From Gemmatimonadota bacterium (GTDB taxonomy: Bacteria; Gemmatimonadota; Gemmatimonadetes; Longimicrobiales; Gaopeijiaceae), in NCBI GenBank assembly GCA_050485805.1, contig JBJHCB010000001.1, positions 1-37,673 of the forward strand: 37,673 nt of DNA, read 5' to 3'. Position numbers and translations under genes: made by a program. Below, piece after piece: positions 25,556 to 35,959 of the stretch; positions within the stretch are counted from its first letter, which is position 1; every line of letters begins with the position of its first letter. Below the pieces are notes generated by a model. That model did not search any database and was not told the origin of the DNA. It was given only the letters and a program-made list of their open reading frames with translations.

Positions 25556-27664
25556 CTAAAGCGCCTGCCGGACGCCCACCTCGAAGCCTCGCCCCGGCCC
25601 CACGTAGATGCCCTGGCGGAGCCCGGTGATGTACCGGGCGTCGGTGACGTTCTTCAGCGCACCGAACACCGAGAGCGACCCGGTCGCCTCCCACTGCGCC
25701 GTGAGGTCGAACACCGTGTAGGCGGGCATGAGGCCACCCCAGATTCCTCCGGCCGCGTTGACCGGGATCTCCCGCAGGTTGGTCTCGTCGCCGAACTGCC
25801 CGCCCCTGTGGTGGACGAGCACGCTGGAGCGCAGGGGACCGTGCCGGAGATCCAGCGCCAGGTTGGCGAGGACGCGGGGGGCATAGGGAATGCGATTGCC
25901 TGCACTCTCCCCCGACTCGAAGCGCGAGACGGGGACCCATGTGACGTTCCCCGAGAGGCCGAGTCCCTCGGCCAGCCGGTACCCCAGGCCGAGCTCAGCC
26001 CCCTGGTGCAGGGTCTCGCCGGCGTTGGATCGCGAGAGGGTGGGATCGGAGTTCCCGGTGACCACCTGGTTCCGGAAGTCCAGGCGGAACAGCGCGAGCT
26101 CGTAATCGAGGGCACCCCGTGTCCCACGGATCCCCACCTCGAGGTTGGTGGAGCGCTCAGCCTCGAGGAGCTGATCCGTCATCCCGTCCAGGGCCACGCC
26201 GTTGGTGGCGGGAGAGAAGGCGCGGTACACGCCCCCGTACAACTGTGCGGAGGGAGTGAGGGCGTAGGTCGTGCCGACGCCGGGAAGGAGCTCGGTGTTG
26301 GAGGTCTCGGCCGTGTCGTCGTTGCTGGTGAGCACGCGCCGCTTCTGCCCATAGGTCTCCAGACGGACGCCGGGGGTCAGGGCGAACCGATCCGAGAACT
26401 GGACGCGGTTGTGGATGTGGAAGGCCATGCTGGTGGCGGAGTCCACAAGGTGCCGGTCGTTGAGACCCGTGCGGTCCTGGGTGCGGTCGGCCCGGATGCG
26501 CCGGTCGTCCGACTCCTCGTAGAAGCCGCGCACGCCGATCTCGGCGTCGCTGTCAAGCCCGAGCAGCCCGTGATCGAACTTGAGGCGGGTGTCGACCCCG
26601 TACCGGTCAAAGGATCGGTTGTTGCCGGTCAAGGCGTCCGTGTACACCCAGCGCCCGGCGGCATTCGACGCCTGCGTGTCGACATCGTAGCGCCAATAGT
26701 CCCGGGTGAGGGTGCTCCAGTACGCCACGCTCGTCAGTGTGGCGCCCGGACCGATGTCGAAGCGATGGTTCAGGTCCAGGGAGGTGCGGTCCGTGAGGTA
26801 CCAGTCGTCGGGGGCCGGATTGTACGTGGCACCCGCGCGGTATTCATCGAACAGGAGCCCCCGGTAGGAGATGTTGGCGTCGTTCTCGTACCAGGAGAGC
26901 TTGACCCCAAGCCGATGCCGATCACCGACGGCGAAACCGGCCTTCGCCATCACGTCGTTCATCTCGTACCCCTTGTCCATGAAGCCCCGCCCACGGGCGT
27001 GGGTGGCCACGACGCCCCCGTACGCGGCGCCGCTCCCGCTGCGCGCACCGGCCTCGACCATCAACTCCCGGGTATCGAAGGAACCGGTCCGGGCCGAGAT
27101 GAGAAGGCCTTCGGCAGGCGTCTTGGTGAGGAAGTTCACGACTCCGCCGATGGTGGAGGGGCCGAACCGCAGGGAGGAGGAGCCCTTCAGGACCTCGATC
27201 CGTTCGATCCGCTGGATACGGGGATTGAAGTAGCGATCATTTCCGATCAGCAGACCGGGGGCCACGGGCACCCCGTCCTCCAGAAGCAGGGACTTCGCCT
27301 CGCTCGAAGAGAGACCCCGCAACCCGATGTTCGAGACGATGGCGGTCTCCTCCTCCGTCTTGGTGTTGACCCCGGGCAGGCGGCGCAGCGCGTCTTCCGT
27401 GGAGATCGCTTGCAGCCCCTCCAACTCCTCCCTGCTCACGATCTGCACGGTCCCGGTCTGCCGAAGCACCGAGCCCGGACTGCGGCCGATCACTTCGATG
27501 ACGGGCAACTCCACGACGGCCGGCAACTCCACCGGGGCCTCCTGAGGCGCCTCCTGCGAGGTCTGGGCTTGCGCGAGGACGGCTCCCGGCACCAGCGCCA
27601 GGACGGTGGCAACCAACCATCGGGGGAGGAGCATTCGGCGGGAACGCATTCGGGAACTCGTCAT
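25556..27664 (-). CDS. TonB-dependent outer-membrane receptor
   Basis: 702 aa. Signal peptide 'LVATVLALVPGAVLAQA'. Plug motifs 'VIEVIGRS', 'VQIVSREELEGLQAISTEDALRRLPGVNT', 'IGLRGL', 'LLLEDGVPV'. A long beta-barrel with 'YGGVYRAFSPAT' and C-terminal strands. Confidence 0.9.
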   Translation of the reverse strand: MTSSRMRSRRMLLPRWLVATVLALVPGAVLAQAQTSQEAPQEAPVELPAVVELPVIEVIGRSPGSVLRQTGTVQIVSREELEGLQAISTEDALRRLPGVNTKTEEETAIVSNIGLRGLSSSEAKSLLLEDGVPVAPGLLIGNDRYFNPRIQRIERIEVLKGSSSLRFGPSTIGGVVNFLTKTPAEGLLISARTGSFDTRELMVEAGARSGSGAAYGGVVATHARGRGFMDKGYEMNDVMAKAGFAVGDRHRLGVKLSWYENDANISYRGLLFDEYRAGATYNPAPDDWYLTDRTSLDLNHRFDIGPGATLTSVAYWSTLTRDYWRYDVDTQASNAAGRWVYTDALTGNNRSFDRYGVDTRLKFDHGLLGLDSDAEIGVRGFYEESDDRRIRADRTQDRTGLNDRHLVDSATSMAFHIHNRVQFSDRFALTPGVRLETYGQKRRVLTSNDDTAETSNTELLPGVGTTYALTPSAQLYGGVYRAFSPATNGVALDGMTDQLLEAERSTNLEVGIRGTRGALDYELALFRLDFRNQVVTGNSDPTLSRSNAGETLHQGAELGLGYRLAEGLGLSGNVTWVPVSRFESGESAGNRIPYAPRVLANLALDLRHGPLRSSVLVHHRGGQFGDETNLREIPVNAAGGIWGGLMPAYTVFDLTAQWEATGSLSVFGALKNVTDARYITGLRQGIYVGPGRGFEVGVRQAL

Positions 27665-27700
27665 GGGGGAGGGGATAAGAGTCTCGGTGAAGCATGCTAT

Positions 27701-27715
27701 TGAAAATGAGTCTCA
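27701..27715. promoter_or_regulatory. Fur-box-like operator candidate upstream of the TonB-dependent receptor
   Basis: TGAAAATGAGTCTCA matches the core TGATAATnATTATCA at 11 of 14 specified positions. It contains the palindrome ATGAG-T-CTCAT (27706-27716) and lies 37-51 nt upstream of the receptor ATG (27664, minus strand), in the only AT-rich patch of the intergenic region. Confidence 0.35.
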
Positions 27716-27825
27716 TCCGCAAGGATCTCTCGCGAGGATGCAGCTCCGCGCGGCGCCTCCACCTCCCGGGCGACCCGTACGGATCGACGGTGTTAGACTC
27801 TTGATCATCCGACGAGTTCACCCAC

Positions 27826-27899
27826 GTCGGACCGCTCGGCCGGAGGATCGGACCGTTCGGCCAGAGGGTCGGATCGCTCCGCCGGGGGATCGGAGGAAG
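27826..27899. repeat. 3.5 x 21-bp intergenic tandem repeat upstream of the hybrid histidine kinase
   Basis: gtcggaccgctcggccggagg / atcggaccgttcggccagagg / gtcggatcgctccgccggggg / atcggaggaag. It ends 43 nt before the GTG at 27943. Confidence 0.85.
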
Positions 27900-27942
27900 T
27901 GGACCTGCCTCCGGAAGCCGAACCAGGGGACAGAGGCTGACC

Positions 27943-30285
27943 GTGCAGACCGAACAACACTCCCAGGACGGGTTCCCGGCCCATCCCCAGGGGCTCCTGG
28001 GCGTCATCGACGCCCTTCCCACCGGCGTTCTCATCCTCTCCGCCGAAGGTGTCGTGGAGCTGGCCAACCGCGGCGCGGCGAGGATCCTGGGGGTGGAGAG
28101 GGAGGCCCTCGCGGGGCGGCCCCTGGACCGGGTGCTCCATGCCATGCAGCCGGAGGCCCGGGATCGACTTGCACGGGCGTTGGATCGGGCGCGCCGCGGG
28201 GAATCCGTTCGGTTCCAGGCGCGGCTGTCCTCGGCGGAGGGAGGTCCGGGCCGCAGCGCCGAGCAGGTCCATGTCGAGTGCTCCCTGGAACCTCTCCGCG
28301 ACGGGGAGGGCGGCATCACCCATGTCATCGCATCCGTCGTGGACACTTCGGAACGGATGAGGGTCACCGCCCAGCTCCGGGAGGGGAATGCCCGTTTCCA
28401 TGCCTTGGTGGACCTGATCCCCCAGCTCGTCTGGACCGCCACCCCCGACGGGTACCACGATTTCTTCAACCGGAGATGGTACGACTACACGGGAATGCCC
28501 ACGGAAGGGGAGCAGGGATGGAACTGGAAGGACTACCTCCACCCCGATGACTACGAGTCCACCCTCGCGGTCTGGCAGCACTCCCTGGACACCGGCGATC
28601 CCTACGAGGTGGAATATCGATTCCGGAGGGCGTCCGACGGAGCGTACCGTTGGTTCATCGGTCGGGCCATGCCCCTCCGCCGACGGGACGGGACCATCGT
28701 CCGGTGGTTCGGGACCTGCACCGACGTCCACGAGGAGCGGATGGTCCTGGACCGCCTGCGGCGGTCGGAGGAGCGCTATCGCACCGTCACCCGGGCCACC
28801 AACGACGTGGTCTGGGAGTGGAACATCGCCACCGGGGCCCTCTGGTGGAACGAGAATGTGGAGCGGGTCTTCGGACTGCGGGTCGAGGAGCTCCCCACCG
28901 TGGAGGACTGGGTGGACCGCCTCCACCCCGACGACCGGGAGGAGGTTCTGGCCGGCCTGGAGGGCCTTCTGGCCGGAGGCGAGGAGGTGTGGGGCGCCCG
29001 CTACCGGCTCCGGAAGCCGGACGGGACGTTCGCCCGGGTGGTGGATCGGGGGCTGGCGATCCGCGACGAGGCGGGACGCCCCGTCTCCATGATCGGGTCG
29101 ATGCAGGACGTGACGGAGCAGAGCCGTCTGGAAGAGGAGCTGCGCCGGGCCCAGAGGCTGGAGGCGGTGGGACAGTTGGCGGGGGGGGTCGCCCACGACT
29201 TCAACAACCTCCTCACCGTCATCACCACCTCCACCCAGCTCGTCGTGGATGCCGTGGACGAGGGGGATCCGAACCTCGAGGATCTGAACGAGGTGCTCCG
29301 GGCAGCGCAGCGCGCCTCGGCCCTCACCCGCCAGCTCCTGGCCTTCAGCCGCCGCCAGGTCCTCCAGCCCAGGACCCTGGACCTGAACGCCATCGTCACC
29401 GGATCCCGCCGCATGCTCGATCGACTCATCAGCGAGCGGATCCGGGTGGAGTTCCAGGCCGACCTCGACCTCCGTCCGATCCGGGCCGACGAGGCACAAG
29501 TGGAACAGGTCATCATCAACCTGGCCCTGAACGCCCGGGACGCCATGGCGTCCGGGGGAGTCCTGACCCTGGGCACTCGGAACGTCACGGTGGCCGGGGA
29601 GCAGGCCCGGCGCCACCCCGACGTGGTTTCGGGAGAGTACGTACGGCTCACCGTGTCCGACACCGGGGTCGGGATGGGTCCGGAGACCCTGGACCGGCTT
29701 TTCGAGCCCTTCTTCACCACCAAGGATCCGGATCGGGGGACCGGGCTGGGACTTCCCACGGTCCAGGGCATCGTGGCCCAATCCGGTGGGTTCATCGAGG
29801 TGGAGAGCCAGCTCGGGGAAGGGTCCCAGTTCCATGTGTATTTCCCCGCCCTCCCGTCGGACCCGACCCTGGAGGAGGGCGAGCGAAGGGAGCCTCCGGG
29901 ACGGGTGGCAGCGCCCGCCGTGATCCTCGTGGTGGAGGACCAGGAGCCTGTCCGTCGGGCGGTTCGTCGGGTCCTGACCCGAGCGGGTCACACCGTCATG
30001 GAGGCCCCCAATGGAAGGGCCGCCTTGGAGGTGATCCGGCGGGAGGGGGAGGGGATCGACCTGATTCTGAGCGATCTGGTGATGCCGGGGATGGGAGGCC
30101 GGGAGCTGGCGGGCCGCGCTCGCGGGGAGGGGCACCGCGTCCCGTTCGTCTTCATGTCGGGGTACGCCGAGGAGGAGATCCTCCGCGGCACCAGTGGCTC
30201 CGGTCCCGTGGAGATCCTGGAGAAACCCTTCACCCCGGACGAGCTGGCCGACGCGGTGGCTGAGGGCCTCCAGGCGAAGCGCTGA
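27943..30285 (+). CDS. Hybrid sensor histidine kinase/response regulator with multiple PAS domains
   Basis: 780 aa, GTG start. At least three PAS/PAC-like modules ('LIPQLVWTATPDGYHDFFNRRWYDYTG', 'HPDD', 'VVWEWNIATGALWWNENVERVFG', 'HPDDRE'). H-box 'LAGGVAHDFNNLLTVI', N-box 'LALNARDAM', G-boxes 'DTGVGM' and 'GTGLGL'. C-terminal receiver: 'VILVVEDQEPVR', 'DLILSDLVMPGMGG', 'LEKPF'. Confidence 0.9.
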   Translation: MQTEQHSQDGFPAHPQGLLGVIDALPTGVLILSAEGVVELANRGAARILGVEREALAGRPLDRVLHAMQPEARDRLARALDRARRGESVRFQARLSSAEGGPGRSAEQVHVECSLEPLRDGEGGITHVIASVVDTSERMRVTAQLREGNARFHALVDLIPQLVWTATPDGYHDFFNRRWYDYTGMPTEGEQGWNWKDYLHPDDYESTLAVWQHSLDTGDPYEVEYRFRRASDGAYRWFIGRAMPLRRRDGTIVRWFGTCTDVHEERMVLDRLRRSEERYRTVTRATNDVVWEWNIATGALWWNENVERVFGLRVEELPTVEDWVDRLHPDDREEVLAGLEGLLAGGEEVWGARYRLRKPDGTFARVVDRGLAIRDEAGRPVSMIGSMQDVTEQSRLEEELRRAQRLEAVGQLAGGVAHDFNNLLTVITTSTQLVVDAVDEGDPNLEDLNEVLRAAQRASALTRQLLAFSRRQVLQPRTLDLNAIVTGSRRMLDRLISERIRVEFQADLDLRPIRADEAQVEQVIINLALNARDAMASGGVLTLGTRNVTVAGEQARRHPDVVSGEYVRLTVSDTGVGMGPETLDRLFEPFFTTKDPDRGTGLGLPTVQGIVAQSGGFIEVESQLGEGSQFHVYFPALPSDPTLEEGERREPPGRVAAPAVILVVEDQEPVRRAVRRVLTRAGHTVMEAPNGRAALEVIRREGEGIDLILSDLVMPGMGGRELAGRARGEGHRVPFVFMSGYAEEEILRGTSGSGPVEILEKPFTPDELADAVAEGLQAKR

Positions 30286-30455
30286 AGCCGTCGGGTGATC
30301 CCGATGCGGGTCGCGGTCGGAGATGGACCCCTCCTGGTGCGTCCGGCCCGCCCCGCCATGGTCCCGCCCGGGTCTCCATGTGAGCGTTCCCCCGTGTGTG
30401 GAGGAATCCGGGGCGAAGGAGAGGCCCTCCGCCATCGAACCCGCGGAGGGGGGTC

Positions 30456-31451
30456 TTGGAGCGAAACACGGCCGGGGACAACGGAGCCCCGTCCCGCATC
30501 ACCACCCAGGTCGAGGCCCTGGCCGCCTCCCAGCACGGGGTCGTGTCCCGGGCGCAACTCATCGGGATCGGGCTTTCGTCCGCGGCCATCGGACGGCGCG
30601 TGCGGGCAGGACGGCTCCGGCCCCTCCACGCCGGAGTCTACCGCATCGGACCGCTGGAGCGCTCGCGTTCGGTCGAGATGGCCGCGGTGCTCGCCGGCGG
30701 GCCGTCCGCCGTGCTGAGCCACCTCAGCGCCCTTCGAGCGTGGGAGCTGGTTCCCGCAGGCACCCGCCTACCCGTGCATGTCACCGTAGTGGGTCGTCGC
30801 GCTCGCAAGCGCCCGGGGATCGTGTTCCATCATGTGCGCTCGATTCCCGACGACGAGCGAGCCGATCTCGACGGGGTCCCCATCACCTCGCCCCTCCGGA
30901 CCCTTGTTGACGCGGCGGGCACACTCGGGAGCCGAGAGTTGGCGAAGGCGTTCGCGGCAGCGGAGCGAGGGGGCCTCGTCACGCCCAAGGATGTCGCGAA
31001 GCTCGGCGAGCGGTACCGAGGCCGACGGGGCGTGAGGCTCCTGCGAAGCCTCGTCCAGCCCCATGGGGATCGCACGTTCACCCGCTCAGAGGCCGAGAAC
31101 CGTTGTTTGGCTCTCCTTCAGAGCGCTGGCCTTCCGCGTCCGCACACCAATGTGCCCGTTGGGCCCTTCGAGCTGGATCTCTTCTGGCCGGACGCAAACG
31201 TGGCGGTGGAGGTGGACGGATGGGCGTTCCACGGGAACCGGCGCCGTTTCGAAAATGATCGGCGAAAGGACAACTGGCTCCGGGGACGCGGCATCGAGGT
31301 GATTCGCCTCACGTGGCGCCAGATCATGAGGGAGCCCGTGACCGCGGCGGTCCAGGTGGGTCAGGCACTGGCACTGGCCCAGGCGCGACGGCAGGGGCGG
31401 GAGGTGGGCACGGGTCCCGGAAGCGGGGCCGCCATCGGCGGACCCCGATAA
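30456..31451 (+). CDS. AbiEi_4-like N-terminal wHTH + DUF559 (Vsr/PD-(D/E)xK-like endonuclease fold) protein
   Basis: Track ORF 30396..31451 (GTG). The TTG at 30456 is preceded by GGAGGGGGG at 4-12 nt. N-terminal 'QHGVVSRAQLIGIGLSSAAIGRRVRAGRLRPLHAGVYRIG'. C-terminal 'ELDLFWPDANVAVEVDGWAFHGNRRRFENDRRKDNWLRGRGIEVIRLTWRQI' is the DUF559 signature. Confidence 0.8.
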   Translation: MERNTAGDNGAPSRITTQVEALAASQHGVVSRAQLIGIGLSSAAIGRRVRAGRLRPLHAGVYRIGPLERSRSVEMAAVLAGGPSAVLSHLSALRAWELVPAGTRLPVHVTVVGRRARKRPGIVFHHVRSIPDDERADLDGVPITSPLRTLVDAAGTLGSRELAKAFAAAERGGLVTPKDVAKLGERYRGRRGVRLLRSLVQPHGDRTFTRSEAENRCLALLQSAGLPRPHTNVPVGPFELDLFWPDANVAVEVDGWAFHGNRRRFENDRRKDNWLRGRGIEVIRLTWRQIMREPVTAAVQVGQALALAQARRQGREVGTGPGSGAAIGGPR

Positions 31452-31647
31452 GGATGCGCCACTGGGCGCCTGGGGGATGCCCGGGGTCGTCCTTTCTCTC
31501 GGATTTCGAGAAGCATTCTGCTTTCGGTACGATTTCGGTCGCGGAGGTATGATTCGATCTCGAATTCCGGGAAGGAAGTCTCATTCGGCACTCCCGGAAC
31601 CCCCCAAGGCAGAGTCCTTATCGCTCCCCCGGCCTCGCAACCGCCAC

Positions 31648-33135
<1,488 letters not shown>

Positions 33136-33165
33136 GATGCAGGCCCTCCCCGGGGTGCGCCCAGG

Positions 33166-33732
33166 CTATTCGAACAGAGCCCGCAGGGCGACCACACGGA
33201 CTCCCCAGGCCTCTCGGGCCGCCTCAGCCGCCTGGGCATCGGGGAAACCCGAATGCTGGAACTGGACCGAGCTCTTCGCGTCCCCCTTGGCGGTGAACCA
33301 GGCCTGGACCCGGGTGCCGTCAGGGACCTTCCAGCGGATGGATCGTCCCTCGGTGGACGTGGATTCCTCCACCTCCAGGTCCGGGAGCCAACGCGGCCGG
33401 GCCTCCTCGTCCCGGATGGTCCTCCAGAGCCTCACCGCGTCCACCGGGACGGTGAGGCTCCGGCTCACTTCGTAGCTCCCTCCACGCCGCTGTCCGGCCT
33501 CCCGGAGGCCTCGGATCCGCTCATACCCCACCGTCACCGTCTGACTCCACCAACCACCCAGGCCATGCTCCTCCGCGAGGCGCCGGGCGATGTCGCGATG
33601 CTTCAGGGACTCGGCCCCCATCCCGTCCAGGACGGCCACCCACTCGGCCCACCCCCGCCCGGTGGCCTTCCTCACCGCCTCTTCGCTGGTTCCGGCCAGG
33701 GAGAGGTCGTCCTCCGCCTGGGCCGCACTCAT
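33166..33732 (-). CDS. SRPBCC/AHSA1-like domain protein with small N-terminal helical domain
   Basis: Track ORF 33166..34044 trimmed to the ATG at 33732, which overlaps the TGA of the upstream peptidase gene by 4 nt (ATGA). N-terminal 'GWAEWVAVLDGMGAESLKHRDIARRLAEEHGLGGWWSQTVTVGYERIRG'. C-terminal 'VPVDAVRLWRTIRDEEARPRWLP...VQFQHSGFPDAQAAEAAREAWGVRVVALRALFE' is like SRPBCC ligand-binding domains. Confidence 0.65.
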   Translation of the reverse strand: MSAAQAEDDLSLAGTSEEAVRKATGRGWAEWVAVLDGMGAESLKHRDIARRLAEEHGLGGWWSQTVTVGYERIRGLREAGQRRGGSYEVSRSLTVPVDAVRLWRTIRDEEARPRWLPDLEVEESTSTEGRSIRWKVPDGTRVQAWFTAKGDAKSSVQFQHSGFPDAQAAEAAREAWGVRVVALRALFE

Positions 33733-35918
33733 CGCCCATCCGCCACGGCCTCTCCCAGCCAGTGATCGAACCAGCTCCGGAGACGGACCATCCGGTCCAC
33801 CAGGAGCCACGGCTCCCCGGTCCGGGACAGGCCGTGGGAGGATCGGGGGTAACGGACGAACTCCACCGGCACCCCCAGACGCTGCAGGGAGAGGTACCAC
33901 ATCTCCCCGTCCTGCATGGGGGTGCGATGGTCCTCTTCGCTGTGGATGATGAGGGTGGGGGCGGTGACATTTCCCACATGGGTGATGGGAGAGGCGGCCC
34001 GGTACGTGTCCGGCACCTCCCAGGGGGTGCCGAAGAAGTGCCATTCCAGGGTGGCCAGGGAGTCCGAGGTCCCCCAGAGCGTCTCCAGGCTCACGATGGA
34101 GCGACTGGTGACGGCTGCGGCAAAGCGATCACTCCGGGCGGTGAGCCAATTGGTGGCATAGCCCCCATAGCTCCCCCCCGAGACCCCGAGCCGCTCCGGG
34201 TCGATCTGGGGATAGGCGGCCAGGGCGGCGTCCAGGCCGGTCAGGAAATCCTCTTCGTCCATGAGTCCCCAGTGGCCCCGGGTGGCCATCATGAAGTCGT
34301 GCCCGTACCCCGTGGAACCCCTGGGATTGGGATAGAGGACGTAGAAGCCGGCCTGGGACAGGACGTGAAAGGTCTGGAAGAAGGTGTGGCCGTACATGCT
34401 GTTGGGCCCGCCATGGATCTTCAGGACCATGGGGTAGCTGCGACCGGGCTCCACGTTCACGGGAGGGATCACCCACCCCTCCACCTCGGTCCCATCCGCC
34501 ACGGTCCACACCAGGCGCTCCGCCGGGCGGAGGGCCACCTCCTGCAACCATGCATCGTTGAAGCCGGTGAGGCGGTGCTCCCCGGTGCCATCGGCCCGGG
34601 CCACGAAGACCTCCTCAGGAGAGGTCACGTCGGTGGAGGTATAGGCCATCCAGCGGCCGTCCGGCGTCCCGGAAAGCGAGGACACCTGCCGCTCGCCCGT
34701 GGTCACGGATCGGGGCTCGGTGCCCGGAGCGTCGATCTGAAAGAGGTGGACGCTCCCCCGGTCCAGGGCGATGAACCGGATCCCTCCCCCCTCCGGATGC
34801 CACTCCGGGGCGCCCGGGGAGAGGCCCAGCCCCTCCATCCAGACCTCGGCCTCCCCTTCGAATCCCCCGTCGGCGGAGAGGCTCCGAACCTCCAGTCGGG
34901 TGGGGCTGTTGGGATCGGAGGAGACCAGGTAGGCCAGCCTCTCACCATCCGGTGAGAAGGCAGGGGCCCGAAAGGACCCCTCCCCCGGGGTGAGGGTGTG
35001 GAGGTCTCCCAGCCCCGTCCCCGCGCCCACCGAGACGCGGTAGAGATCGGACCGGCGCAGGAAGGGGTCCGTATCCTCTTCCTCGTTCCCGGAGAAGGCG
35101 ATCCATCGGCCGTCGGGGGACCAGGTGACCCCGCCGACGTTGAACCCCACGTGGGTGAGCTGCCGGGGCTCACCCCCCTCGGCCGGGACCACGAAGACCT
35201 GGTTCTTTCCCCGGGCGTCGGGATGGGGAAGAAGAGGATGGGTCCCGTCGGACTTGTACCGGACATGGGTGATGACCCGCCCGTCGAAGCGGTCCCGGTT
35301 CTCCGTCACGGTGATGGCGTCCGGGGCGATCCACCCGGCCCGGGGCCCCGACTCGGCCCCATTGGCATCGGAGCGGTCCACGAAGGCGATCCACTCCCCG
35401 TCGGGGGACCAGATGGGGGCGCCGTTCACCCCCGGGATGCGGTAGGCCTCGCCGCCGGGGGCCTCCACCCGCGCAAACCAGGTGCCGGATTCCTCGTCGC
35501 GCCGGGACTGGAAGGCCAGGGTGCGCCCGTCGGGGGACCAGACCGGGGCCCACGCCTCCCGGGTGGGGTCGGTGAATCGGAAGGGCTCGCCCGCCGGCTC
35601 GCCGTTCCGGAGAGGAGCCAACCAGATCTCTCGGTGTCGACGGTTCTCCTCCTCCACCACCCGGGTCCGGGTGAAGGCCGCTATCTCACCGTTTGGTGAG
35701 ATGGCCACATCGGAGACGAAGCTCATCCGGTAGTAGTCCCGGGGGACGATCCCCCGCTCCTGGGCGGGAAGGGACTGACTCCCCAAGAGCAGAAGGAGGA
35801 CGAGAAGGAGGGGGCGTGGGGAACCGGAGAGCGCGCACCGGGCGGGCGTGGTGGGAGGGCGCTGCGCGGACACACCGCGGGTACGCCGGGTGCCCGGGCG
35901 GAAAGGGATCGAGGGCAT
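33729..35918 (-). CDS. S9-family serine peptidase (beta-propeller + alpha/beta-hydrolase; acylaminoacyl/prolyl oligopeptidase-like)
   Basis: Track ORF 33729..36089 trimmed to the ATG at 35918, with GGAGG 6 nt upstream. Signal peptide 'LLLVLLLLLGSQSLPAQ'. Repeated propeller blades 'WSPDGRTLAF', 'WSPDGEWIAF', 'WSPDGRWIAFS', 'FSPDGERLAY'. Nucleophile elbow 'GVSGGSYGGY', then 'IIHSEEDHRTP' and 'SSHGLS'. Confidence 0.9.
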   Translation of the reverse strand: MPSIPFRPGTRRTRGVSAQRPPTTPARCALSGSPRPLLLVLLLLLGSQSLPAQERGIVPRDYYRMSFVSDVAISPNGEIAAFTRTRVVEEENRRHREIWLAPLRNGEPAGEPFRFTDPTREAWAPVWSPDGRTLAFQSRRDEESGTWFARVEAPGGEAYRIPGVNGAPIWSPDGEWIAFVDRSDANGAESGPRAGWIAPDAITVTENRDRFDGRVITHVRYKSDGTHPLLPHPDARGKNQVFVVPAEGGEPRQLTHVGFNVGGVTWSPDGRWIAFSGNEEEDTDPFLRRSDLYRVSVGAGTGLGDLHTLTPGEGSFRAPAFSPDGERLAYLVSSDPNSPTRLEVRSLSADGGFEGEAEVWMEGLGLSPGAPEWHPEGGGIRFIALDRGSVHLFQIDAPGTEPRSVTTGERQVSSLSGTPDGRWMAYTSTDVTSPEEVFVARADGTGEHRLTGFNDAWLQEVALRPAERLVWTVADGTEVEGWVIPPVNVEPGRSYPMVLKIHGGPNSMYGHTFFQTFHVLSQAGFYVLYPNPRGSTGYGHDFMMATRGHWGLMDEEDFLTGLDAALAAYPQIDPERLGVSGGSYGGYATNWLTARSDRFAAAVTSRSIVSLETLWGTSDSLATLEWHFFGTPWEVPDTYRAASPITHVGNVTAPTLIIHSEEDHRTPMQDGEMWYLSLQRLGVPVEFVRYPRSSHGLSRTGEPWLLVDRMVRLRSWFDHWLGEAVADGR

Positions 35919-35959
35919 GGCGACCTCCGGGAGTTGGGACGGGGTTCGGGGGACCCCCA

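Noticed and set aside
25808-30435. ORFs 25808..27703 (+) and 27805..30435 (-), antisense to the TonB receptor and the hybrid kinase
   Set aside because: They are shadow ORFs opposite genes with unambiguous family motifs. The minus-strand ORF's 'SDPPAERSD' repeat is simply the translated intergenic 21-bp repeat.
31535-31570. 'tcgaatc'-like sequence on the minus strand, considered as a tRNA T-loop
   Set aside because: The flanking bases do not form a T-stem, and no acceptor or anticodon arms could be built. It is not a tRNA.
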